Source: an uncultured Gammaproteobacteria bacterium (GTDB lineage: Bacteria > Patescibacteriota > Patescibacteriia > UBA9934). Taken from it: a DNA stretch of 64,000 nt. The notes below the pieces were generated by a model that was not told the origin of the DNA, did not search any database, and saw only the letters and a program-made list of their open reading frames with translations. The position numbers and the translations under genes are program-made. Positions 40,207 to 47,849 of the stretch are shown piece after piece (positions within the stretch are counted from its first letter, which is position 1; each line of letters starts with the position of its first letter). The DNA is taken from positions 237,113 to 301,112 of the forward strand of contig CAZKGL010000001.1 of assembly GCA_964552565.1 (NCBI GenBank). Reading direction: 5' to 3'.

Positions 40207-40337
40207 TCGGATGGAATGGTGGAGGGACAAAGCAAAACCCCTCGGTCGGGTTATTTTTTTCCCAAATTCACGGTTTTTTCACGAAACACGAGTCCGGGTA
40301 ATCTCATAAACCCATAAGATTACTTCCTTCACGGGCT

Positions 40338-43300
40338 ATGTCAGAAATCACAGCGCGCGTCGCCCCCCAGGCGGCGTCGGAAGGTCAGATTGCAGGTGCG
40401 GTTTGGCAGTTTATGACCTCGGTCAAAGAAGTGAAAAAACGCGACGGAGCAAGCCAGGCGTTTTCCGCTGACAAGCTTCGTGCGTCCGTCGAGAAGGCGC
40501 TCGCCGCAGCCGGGCAGAACAATGCCGACGCCTATGCCGGCCGCATCACGTCGCAGGTCGTGTCCCGCCTGACGCGCCAGTTTGACGGACACCGCGTTCC
40601 GACCACGTCGGAGATCCGCGAAGTCGTGTCCGTTGCCATCATCGACAACAACCTGATCCACGTCGCGAAGGCGTACATGGGGTTCAAGGCGCGGACGGAG
40701 GCTGCGGTGCCGGGCGAGAAGTACGGCAAGGGCCTTCCGTTCAGCCGCTACTTTACGAAGGACGGCGTGGCGCCGTACGCCATGCTCGAGTGGGAGAAGC
40801 GCAGCGCGGTCATCACGAACGAGAAGGGCAAGGTCGTGTTCGAACAGCACGACATCGAGGTTCCGAAGGGGTGGTCGCAGACCGCCACGAACATCGTCGC
40901 CCAGAAGTATTTCCGCGGGAAGGTCGGCACGCCGGAGCGCGAGACGTCCATGAAGCAGCTCATCGACCGCGTGGCCAAGACCATGGCGAACTGGGGCCGC
41001 AAGGACGGTTATTTCGCGACGAAAGAGGATGCGCAGGTTTTTGAAGATGAACTGACGTGGATTCTCATTAACCAGATGGCCGCGTTCAACAGCCCGGTCT
41101 GGTTCAATGTGGGCATTAATCCGCACCCGCAGTGTTCCGCGTGCTTCATCAACTCCGTGCAGGACGACATGCGTTCGATTTTGAACCTCGCGGTCACGGA
41201 AAGCATGCTCTTCAAGCAGGGCTCGGGCACGGGCAGCAACCTCTCCAAGCTCCGCTCGTCGCAGGAATACCTCGGCGGCAGCAACGGCAAGTCGTCCGGC
41301 CCCGTATCGTTCATGAAGGGCCTCGATGCCTTCGCGGGCATCGTCAAGAGCGGCGGCAAGACGCGCCGCGCGGCGAAGATGGTCATCTTGAACGTCGACC
41401 ATCCCGATGTCATGCAGTTCATCGAGTGCAAGGCGAAGGAGGAGCGGAAGGCCTGGACGCTGGTCGACGCCGGCTACGACAGCAGCATGGACGGCGAGGC
41501 GTACTCGAGTATTTTCTTCCAGAACGCGAACAACTCGGTGCGCGTGACGGATGGCTTCATGCGTGCGGTGGAGAAGGACGAGGAGTGGGTGACGAAGGAG
41601 ATTACGACCGGTAAGGATTCGCTGAAGTACAAGGCGCGCGACCTTTTCCGCGCCATGGCCGAGGCGGCGTGGCAGTGCGGCGACCCGGGCATCCAGTACG
41701 ACACGACCGTGAACCTCTGGCACACGAGCAAGAATACGGACCGCATCAACGCGTCGAACCCGTGCTCGGAATACATGTTCCTCGACGACACCGCCTGCAA
41801 CCTTTCGTCGCTCAACCTCATGAAGTTCCGCAAGGAAGCAAACGGCGTCATGGAGTTCGACGTGGAGGCGTTCACGAAGGCGTCGGAGGTCATGATTACC
41901 GCGATGGAGATCACGGTCGGCAACTCGAGCTACCCGACGCCGGCCATCGAGCAGAACAGCCACGACTTCCGCCCGCTCGGTATCGGCTACGCGAACTTGG
42001 GCGCGCTCCTCATGAGCCGGGGCCTTGCATACGACTCGGACGAGGGACGCAACCTCGCCGCCGCGATTACCGCGCTCCTTTCGGGCGCGACCTATGCGCA
42101 GTCGGCGCGCATCGCCGAGAAGATCGGCGCGTTCTCGGCCTTTGCCGTGAACCGCGAGCCGTGCATGGGCGTCATGGAGATGCACCGCCGCGCGTCCTAC
42201 GAGATGGCGCCCGCGGGCGTCCCGGCAGACCTCATGGCGGCGGCGAAGAAGAGCTGGGACGAGGTCGTCGACCGCGGCTACCAGCACGGGCTGCGTAACG
42301 CGCAGATTTCGGTCATCGCCCCGACCGGCACCATTTCGTTCCTCATGGATTGCGACACGACCGGCATCGAGCCGGACATCGCGCTCGTGAAGTACAAGTG
42401 GCTTGTGGGCGGCGGCATGCTGAAAATCGTGAACAATACCGTCCCGGAGGCGCTGACCCGCCTTGGCTACGGCGAGGCGGAGTGCAAGGATATCCTCGCC
42501 TACATCGACGAGAAGGACACCATTGAAGGCGCCCCGCACCTGAAGCCGGAGCACGTCGGCGTGTTTGACTGCGCGTTCAAGGCGAAGAACGGGACGCGCA
42601 CCATCCACCACATGGCGCACATCAACATGATGGCCGCGGTGCAGCCGTTCGTGTCCGGGGCCATCTCGAAGACGGTCAACATGCCGAACGAGGCGACGGT
42701 CGAAGATATCATGGACGTCTACATGAAGGGCTGGAAGCTCGGCTTGAAGGCGATCGCCATCTACCGCGACGGCAGCAAGCGCCAACAGGCACTTACCACG
42801 TCGAAAGAAAAAGACTCTGCGAAGGCGAATGCGAAAGAACTAGGCGGGGCCACCGCGCCCCGCCCGGAAGAGAAGAAGGATGAAACGGTCGCCGCGGCGA
42901 TCGAAACCGTAAAGGTGCAGGTGAACCCCGCAACCGCGTCGCGCCGCCGCCGCTTGCCGGACGAGCGCCGCGCCCTCACGCACAAGTTTGCGATCGGCAG
43001 CCACGAGGGCTATATCACCATCGGCCTCTACGACGACGGGACGCCGGGCGAGCTCTTCGTCACCATGTCGAAGGAAGGTTCGGTCATCAGCGGCCTCATG
43101 GATGCGTTCTCGACCAGCGTGTCGATTGGCCTGCAATACGGCGTGCCGCTCCACGTGCTCGTGAACAAGTTCGCGCACATGCGCTTTGAGCCGTCGGGCT
43201 TCACGAACAATCCCAACATCCGCATCGCGAAGTCCATCATCGACTACATCTTCCGCTACCTCGCCATGAAGTTCCTCCCGGTCGATGCACAGCTCCAGGT

Positions 43301-43601
43301 CGGCATCAACGTCGTCGAGACGCATGGCAATGACATAGGCGGGGTCACCGCGCCCCGCCAGGAAACGGTCGTGCAGCCGATCACCGACGCACAGCCGACG
43401 ATCTTCGCCTCACCGCTCGCGACCGACACGAACCCCGTCATGTCGCCGGGCACTGCGCCCGCGAAGACGACGCCCGGCCTCACGGCGACGTTCGACAACC
43501 AGTCGGACGCCCCGACGTGCGACACGTGCGGCAGCATGATGGTCCGCAACGCCGCGTGCTACAAGTGCCTGAATTGTGGGAGTACGAGTGGATGCAGTTA
43601 A
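40338..43601 (+). CDS. nrdJ: Ribonucleotide reductase class II (adenosylcobalamin-dependent), with N-terminal ATP cone and C-terminal zinc ribbon
   Basis: ATP cone, NPCSEY active-site motif, C-terminal CDTCGSMMVRNAACYKCLNC. Two REP-variant palindromes are embedded in-frame (42843-42864 and 43338-43359). Confidence 0.9.
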   Translation: MSEITARVAPQAASEGQIAGAVWQFMTSVKEVKKRDGASQAFSADKLRASVEKALAAAGQNNADAYAGRITSQVVSRLTRQFDGHRVPTTSEIREVVSVAIIDNNLIHVAKAYMGFKARTEAAVPGEKYGKGLPFSRYFTKDGVAPYAMLEWEKRSAVITNEKGKVVFEQHDIEVPKGWSQTATNIVAQKYFRGKVGTPERETSMKQLIDRVAKTMANWGRKDGYFATKEDAQVFEDELTWILINQMAAFNSPVWFNVGINPHPQCSACFINSVQDDMRSILNLAVTESMLFKQGSGTGSNLSKLRSSQEYLGGSNGKSSGPVSFMKGLDAFAGIVKSGGKTRRAAKMVILNVDHPDVMQFIECKAKEERKAWTLVDAGYDSSMDGEAYSSIFFQNANNSVRVTDGFMRAVEKDEEWVTKEITTGKDSLKYKARDLFRAMAEAAWQCGDPGIQYDTTVNLWHTSKNTDRINASNPCSEYMFLDDTACNLSSLNLMKFRKEANGVMEFDVEAFTKASEVMITAMEITVGNSSYPTPAIEQNSHDFRPLGIGYANLGALLMSRGLAYDSDEGRNLAAAITALLSGATYAQSARIAEKIGAFSAFAVNREPCMGVMEMHRRASYEMAPAGVPADLMAAAKKSWDEVVDRGYQHGLRNAQISVIAPTGTISFLMDCDTTGIEPDIALVKYKWLVGGGMLKIVNNTVPEALTRLGYGEAECKDILAYIDEKDTIEGAPHLKPEHVGVFDCAFKAKNGTRTIHHMAHINMMAAVQPFVSGAISKTVNMPNEATVEDIMDVYMKGWKLGLKAIAIYRDGSKRQQALTTSKEKDSAKANAKELGGATAPRPEEKKDETVAAAIETVKVQVNPATASRRRRLPDERRALTHKFAIGSHEGYITIGLYDDGTPGELFVTMSKEGSVISGLMDAFSTSVSIGLQYGVPLHVLVNKFAHMRFEPSGFTNNPNIRIAKSIIDYIFRYLAMKFLPVDAQLQVGINVVETHGNDIGGVTAPRQETVVQPITDAQPTIFASPLATDTNPVMSPGTAPAKTTPGLTATFDNQSDAPTCDTCGSMMVRNAACYKCLNCGSTSGCS

Positions 43602-43610
43602 ACGAGAGAG

Positions 43611-43640
43611 CATAGACGGGGTCCCCGCACCCCGTCTATG
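43611..43640 (+). repeat. REP palindrome, copy 1 (catagacggggtccccgcaccccgtctatg)
   Basis: Perfect 10-bp stem ATAGACGGGG/CCCCGTCTAT with loop TCCCCGCA. Confidence 0.8.
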
Positions 43641-43650
43641 ATTTTCCTGT

Positions 43651-44049
43651 ATGCGCCAAATCACCAAGCGTCTCCTACCAGGACAGGATCTTCGCGATGA
43701 AATCGAGAAGGTCGTCCATGACCATGATGTGAAAGCAGGAGTTCTGCTTTCCATCGTCGGATGTCTTACGTCCTTACGGCTTCGCGTCGCTGACGGGGTG
43801 ACGGTCAAGGAATGGAGCGAGAAGTTTGAAATCGTATCCGGCACCGGGACGGTATCGGTCAACGATAGCCACATCCATATCGCGGCCGCAAACCAGGAGG
43901 GCATGACGATTGGCGGGCATCTTAAACAGGGCTGCATCGTGGGAACGACGGTAGAGCTCGTGGTTCTTGCGTTCGATGACATTGCATATGTTCGCGAACC
44001 GGATGCTGCGACCGGATACGATGAGCTCGTTATCCGCGAAAAACCATAG
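43651..44049 (+). CDS. PPC/DUF296 domain protein (PD1-like DNA-binding)
   Basis: DUF296 fold pattern (IHIAAANQEGMTIGGHL...GTTVELVVLAFDD). The stop codon lies inside REP copy 2. Confidence 0.55.
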   Translation: MRQITKRLLPGQDLRDEIEKVVHDHDVKAGVLLSIVGCLTSLRLRVADGVTVKEWSEKFEIVSGTGTVSVNDSHIHIAAANQEGMTIGGHLKQGCIVGTTVELVVLAFDDIAYVREPDAATGYDELVIREKP

Positions 44050-44075
44050 ACGGGGGTCCCCGCACCCCGTCTATG
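44045..44075 (+). repeat. REP palindrome, copy 2
   Basis: catagacgggggtccccgcaccccgtctatg. Confidence 0.8.
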
Positions 44076-44082
44076 CTGTTCT

Positions 44083-44553
44083 ATGCGAACCTTTCGATGG
44101 CACGACGAACTGAAAAACGATAACGCGATTCATTTTGTTACTTCGGTGACGAAGGGGCGTACGCGGACTTTTGATGACGTGGCGCTCGCACTGTTACTGC
44201 TCGGAGAGATTCACGGATATGCGGAGAGATACTCGATGACGTTGTTTGCGTCGGTGGTCATGCCCGACCACTTCCATGCAATCCTTTGGCCGCAAGGGAA
44301 ACGGACTGTTCCGGAGTTTATGAAAGGGGTGAAGGGTTTTACCGCAAAGAAGGTCGCCGAGTATAGGCGGGGTGCGGGGACCCCGCCTATGGACGTGTGG
44401 CAAGACGAGTATTTTGATCACCTGATTACAGATGAGACTACGCTTGAAGAAAAGATTTGGTACATCATCCGCAATCCGATTGAGGACAACCTCATTGCCG
44501 AAGGCGGCGAGTACCCGTACCTTTTCGTCCAGCCCGATTACGATCCTCGCTAA
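44083..44553 (+). CDS. REP-associated tyrosine transposase (RAYT; IS200/IS605-like Y1 HUH transposase)
   Basis: HUH motif PDHFHAIL and C-terminal WQDEYFDHLI matching the RAYT WQxxY(F/W)DH motif. It contains an in-frame inverted REP copy (44363-44392) and is flanked by REPs. Confidence 0.75.
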   Translation: MRTFRWHDELKNDNAIHFVTSVTKGRTRTFDDVALALLLLGEIHGYAERYSMTLFASVVMPDHFHAILWPQGKRTVPEFMKGVKGFTAKKVAEYRRGAGTPPMDVWQDEYFDHLITDETTLEEKIWYIIRNPIEDNLIAEGGEYPYLFVQPDYDPR

Positions 44554-44579
44554 AGGCGGGGTGCGGGACCCCGCCTATG
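44552..44579 (-). repeat. REP palindrome, copy 4 (inverted), spanning the RAYT stop and the ATG of the next gene
   Basis: aaaggcggggtgcgggaccccgcctATGa. Confidence 0.7.
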
Positions 44580-45176
44580 AAAAAGAACGAACAGCCGGTT
44601 CTCGACGAACGCATCAAAGGCTTCCAAGGTTACGGCTTGGTGCAGCTCATCCATGGCACGGGGAAGGGGAAGACGACCGCTGCGCTCGGGCAGGCTATCC
44701 GGTGCGTGGGTTCCGGCCGGCGCGTCTGCATCGTCTACTTCGACAAAGGCGGAACGACGCACTACAGCGAACGGAAGGTGCTCGATGCGCTGGATGGCAT
44801 CGACTATGTCGCGTCCGGTCGTGACCGCATCGACCCGGTGACGGGACGATTTGATTTTTCGATCACCGACGAGGACAAGGCCGAGGCGGCGCGGGGGCTT
44901 GCTGCGGCGCGCGATGCATTGGCGGGCGACCACGAGGGTCGCCCCTACGATCTCGTTATTCTCGATGAGATCAATTCCACCGTCGCGCTCGGCATGCTTG
45001 GCGAGCAGGATGTGCTCGATGTGCTCGCGAAGAAGCGTCCGGACGTCGAAGTCATCCTCACGGGACGCAATCCGCCCCAGGCGTTCATCGACGCCGCACA
45101 TCTTGTCACCGAAATGACACTGCAGCGTCACTACTTCTATTCCGGCGTGAAGGCGCGGGAGGGGCTTGACTACTAG
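44577..45176 (+). CDS. Cob(I)yrinic acid a,c-diamide / cob(I)alamin adenosyltransferase (CobA/CobO/BtuR type)
   Basis: P-loop HGTGKGKTTAALG, conserved DE and TGR motifs. About 200 aa, typical of this family. Confidence 0.8.
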   Translation: MKKNEQPVLDERIKGFQGYGLVQLIHGTGKGKTTAALGQAIRCVGSGRRVCIVYFDKGGTTHYSERKVLDALDGIDYVASGRDRIDPVTGRFDFSITDEDKAEAARGLAAARDALAGDHEGRPYDLVILDEINSTVALGMLGEQDVLDVLAKKRPDVEVILTGRNPPQAFIDAAHLVTEMTLQRHYFYSGVKAREGLDY

Positions 45177-45282
45177 CCCACCGCCCGCTACAACTCCGCG
45201 CGAACGGTGTGGATATCCGGCCGCTGGCCAAAATCCGCGAGCCGGGTATACTCAGCACCAGCATATTTTTCGCAACGGAATT

Positions 45283-45714
45283 ATGACCATCAACGAAGTG
45301 CTCGAGGCGCTGCAGAATGACTGCGCAGTCGTCGTCGGGGACAGCACGTTTGACCCGCGCGGGCTCGACGCCGTGACGCTGGAAACGGGCGAGACCGTGT
45401 ACTGGGCGTACGAAAAGGACGGCAGCTGGTTGTCCATCGACCCGTCTGGCGAAGAGATCATCCTGTTTGAAGACATCGATGAGGAACTCGAGCCCGAGGA
45501 TGACGTCGTGGTGTACGGCGGGGAGGACTACGAGTTCTCCTACGAAGGGACGGCGACGATTACGAGCGAAGACGGCGAAGAGACGGTCATGACGTTCCGC
45601 GAGTTCGAGTCGCCGGAAGGGGAGATCATCCGTCTGACCGAATCGGAATCGACTGGGGACACGCGTGTTTCCGTCGGCACGAAGCTGACGGAGGACGAAC
45701 TCCAGCCGGCCTAA
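45283..45714 (+). CDS. Hypothetical acidic protein
   Basis: ORF with Asp/Glu-rich sequence. TATACT -10 at 45247. Confidence 0.4.
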   Translation: MTINEVLEALQNDCAVVVGDSTFDPRGLDAVTLETGETVYWAYEKDGSWLSIDPSGEEIILFEDIDEELEPEDDVVVYGGEDYEFSYEGTATITSEDGEETVMTFREFESPEGEIIRLTESESTGDTRVSVGTKLTEDELQPA

Positions 45715-45715
45715 A

Positions 45716-45807
45716 CCATCCTGAGGAGCGTTAGCGACGAAGGATCCCTGGCGAGAGGTCCATCACTTCAACTTGGAAGCTGAGCTTCGAAGCTCAGCTT
45801 CCAAGTT
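45716..45807 (+). repeat. 'catcctgagg' family element followed by a perfect 38-bp palindrome (AACTTGGAAGCTGAGCTTCGAAGCTCAGCTTCCAAGTT)
   Basis: The palindrome at 45770-45807 sits immediately upstream of the GGAGG at the 5' end of the PBP2 gene. Confidence 0.6.
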
Positions 45808-45838
45808 CAGGAGGGATTTATGGTAAAATGGTCCCGGT

Positions 45839-47689
45839 ATGGCATACGAGCGTATGGCCACGCGGGGACCGGGAGCGTGGCGCCTGAGGGCGCTTCGCTT
45901 TTTCTTTCTCGCGTTCCTGTGCCTGATCGGCGTGCGCCTGTTCGTGCTCCAGGTCGTCGATGCGGCATGGTACCAGGCGCTGTCGCAGGGGCAGCACTCT
46001 ATCTACGAAGAATTGGTTCCGAAACGCGGAAGTATCTACGCAAAAGATTATGGCGACGATACGGAGTACGCGGTTGCGACAAACGAACCGCGTGCATTCG
46101 TCTATGCCGACCCGCGGCTCATCCTTGAACCGATCAACACCGGCCTTGCCATCGCAAAGATATTGCAGCTGGAAGGGTGGGATACGTACGGAAACGACCC
46201 CCTGGCCCCCATGAATGGGGGTAGCCTCGATGGTCAGGAAACCCCCTCCATTGATGGAGGGGGCACGGGGGTGGTCCCGACCGATACGGAAGTGCTCATC
46301 GAGCGCCTGTCGAAAGTCGATGACCCCTACGAACCGGTTGCGCGCGATGTCCACCAGGACGCGCTCGACCAGATTATCGCGCTCGACATCGACGGCATCG
46401 ACTACGTGCTCGAAGAGGCGCGCGATTACCCGGAGGAGAACTTTGGGGGGCATGTCCTCGGTTTTTTGGGACGCGATGACGAGGCCCGCCGCATCGGGTT
46501 GTATGGGCTTGAGGGATATTTCGACGAGTTCCTCGCCGGGCGCGCAGGGTCGCTCTACTCGCAGACCGACGCGACCGGCCGCTGGACCGGCGTCGGCGCG
46601 CGCAGCTTCACCCCGGCCGTGGACGGCGGCGACCTCCTCCTCACCATCGACCGCACCGTGCAGTATATGGCGTGCGCCATGCTGCGCGAGGGCATCGAGC
46701 AATTTGACGCGGACGGCGGCGCGCTTGTCATCTTGGAGCCGTCGACAGGGCGCGTGCTCGCCATGTGCGGCGGGCCGGACTTCGACCCGAACGAGTATGG
46801 CAACGTCGAGGATGTCAGCGTGTACAACAACCCGGCGATTTTTGAGCCGTACGAGCCGGGTTCCATCTTCAAGCCGGTGACGATGGCCGCGGCGATCGAC
46901 GCGGGCGTGGTCACGCCGCACACGACGTTCGAGGATACGGGCGAAGTGAAAGTCGACGACCGCACGATCCGCAACTCGGACCTCAAGGCGCACGGCGTGG
47001 TGACGATGACCGAGGTGCTCGACGAGTCGCTGAACACCGGCATGGTGTGGGTCATGCGCAAGATGGGGCGCGACGTGTTTGAAGCCTATGTGCGGAAATT
47101 CCACTTCGGCGACCTGTTCGGCATCGAGCTCGACACCGAAGTCGCCGGCACCATCGCGTCGCTCGACGAGTCCGCGGAAGTGTATGCGGCGACCGCGAGT
47201 TTCGGCCAAGGTATCACGGTGACGCCGCTCCAGATCGCCGCGGCGTATGCGGCGATCGCGAACGGCGGCGCACTCATGAAGCCGTACATCGTCGAGGAAG
47301 TGCGGTATGCGGATGGCACGGTGGAGACGCGGCGGCCGGAAAAAGTCGAGCAAGTCATTTCGCAAAAGGCCGCCACGACCGCGAGCGCGATGCTGGTCTC
47401 TGTGGTCGAGAACGGGCACGGCAAGCGCGCCGCGGTGCCCGGCTACTATATTGCCGGCAAAACCGGTACCGCGCAGGTTGCGGGCCAGGGCGGGTACCTC
47501 GAAGGGGTGACGAACGGCTCGTTCGCCGGCTTTGGGCCGGTCGGTAACCCGCGGTTCGCCATGGTGGTCAAACTTGAGAATCCGAAGACGGTTGAATGGG
47601 CCGAGTCGTCCGCCGCCCCGATCTTCGGCCGCATCGCCGATTTCCTTCTCGAATATTACGACATCGCTCCTGAACGGCCCTTGCCATAA
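45839..47689 (+). CDS. Penicillin-binding protein 2 / FtsI-type transpeptidase
   Basis: N-terminal TM (LRALRFFFLAFLCLIGVRLFVLQV), dimerisation domain, transpeptidase motifs SxxK (SIFK), SxN and KTG(T). The start is uncertain because the GGAGG is 24 nt upstream. Confidence 0.85.
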   Translation: MAYERMATRGPGAWRLRALRFFFLAFLCLIGVRLFVLQVVDAAWYQALSQGQHSIYEELVPKRGSIYAKDYGDDTEYAVATNEPRAFVYADPRLILEPINTGLAIAKILQLEGWDTYGNDPLAPMNGGSLDGQETPSIDGGGTGVVPTDTEVLIERLSKVDDPYEPVARDVHQDALDQIIALDIDGIDYVLEEARDYPEENFGGHVLGFLGRDDEARRIGLYGLEGYFDEFLAGRAGSLYSQTDATGRWTGVGARSFTPAVDGGDLLLTIDRTVQYMACAMLREGIEQFDADGGALVILEPSTGRVLAMCGGPDFDPNEYGNVEDVSVYNNPAIFEPYEPGSIFKPVTMAAAIDAGVVTPHTTFEDTGEVKVDDRTIRNSDLKAHGVVTMTEVLDESLNTGMVWVMRKMGRDVFEAYVRKFHFGDLFGIELDTEVAGTIASLDESAEVYAATASFGQGITVTPLQIAAAYAAIANGGALMKPYIVEEVRYADGTVETRRPEKVEQVISQKAATTASAMLVSVVENGHGKRAAVPGYYIAGKTGTAQVAGQGGYLEGVTNGSFAGFGPVGNPRFAMVVKLENPKTVEWAESSAAPIFGRIADFLLEYYDIAPERPLP

Positions 47690-47699
47690 AAAAGAACGC

Positions 47700-47727
47700 G
47701 CCGCCCGGTAGAGCCGGGCGGCGAGGT
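47700..47727 (-). terminator. Intrinsic terminator of glmS (minus strand)
   Basis: GCGCCGCCCGG-tagag-CCGGGCGGCG with a T-run on the minus strand (plus-strand aaaaagaac). Confidence 0.5.
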
Positions 47728-47849
47728 GTTGGCGCACATGCGGTTGCCGGGAAGGAGCAGCTGTGCACAGGGCCCGAGCGTGCTTATCCGGATTGTGCCC
47801 ACGTACGCCAACCCCCTATCTTCCACGTCCAGATTCTCCTGTCAAGGGT

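Larger units (their letters stand above)
43611..44579. mobile_element. REPtron: REP-associated tyrosine transposase (RAYT) gene plus PPC-domain gene, bounded by REP palindromes
   Basis: Four REP copies (43611-43640 and 44045-44075 forward; 44363-44392 and 44552-44579 inverted) share the core GRCGGGG-tccccgca-CCCCGYC flanked by ATAG/CTAT. Confidence 0.7.

Noticed and set aside
40040-40337. Cobalamin riboswitch upstream of nrdJ
   Set aside because: No B12-box (GCCACTG) or the conserved riboswitch core was seen. The regulatory signal present is the NrdR-like palindrome.
45820-46128. ORF starting at the well-placed ATG 45820 (GGAGG + 5 nt) as a real 102-aa protein
   Set aside because: Its product is Arg-rich, low-complexity, and out of frame with the conserved PBP2 gene that occupies the same DNA. 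At most a short leader peptide is plausible.
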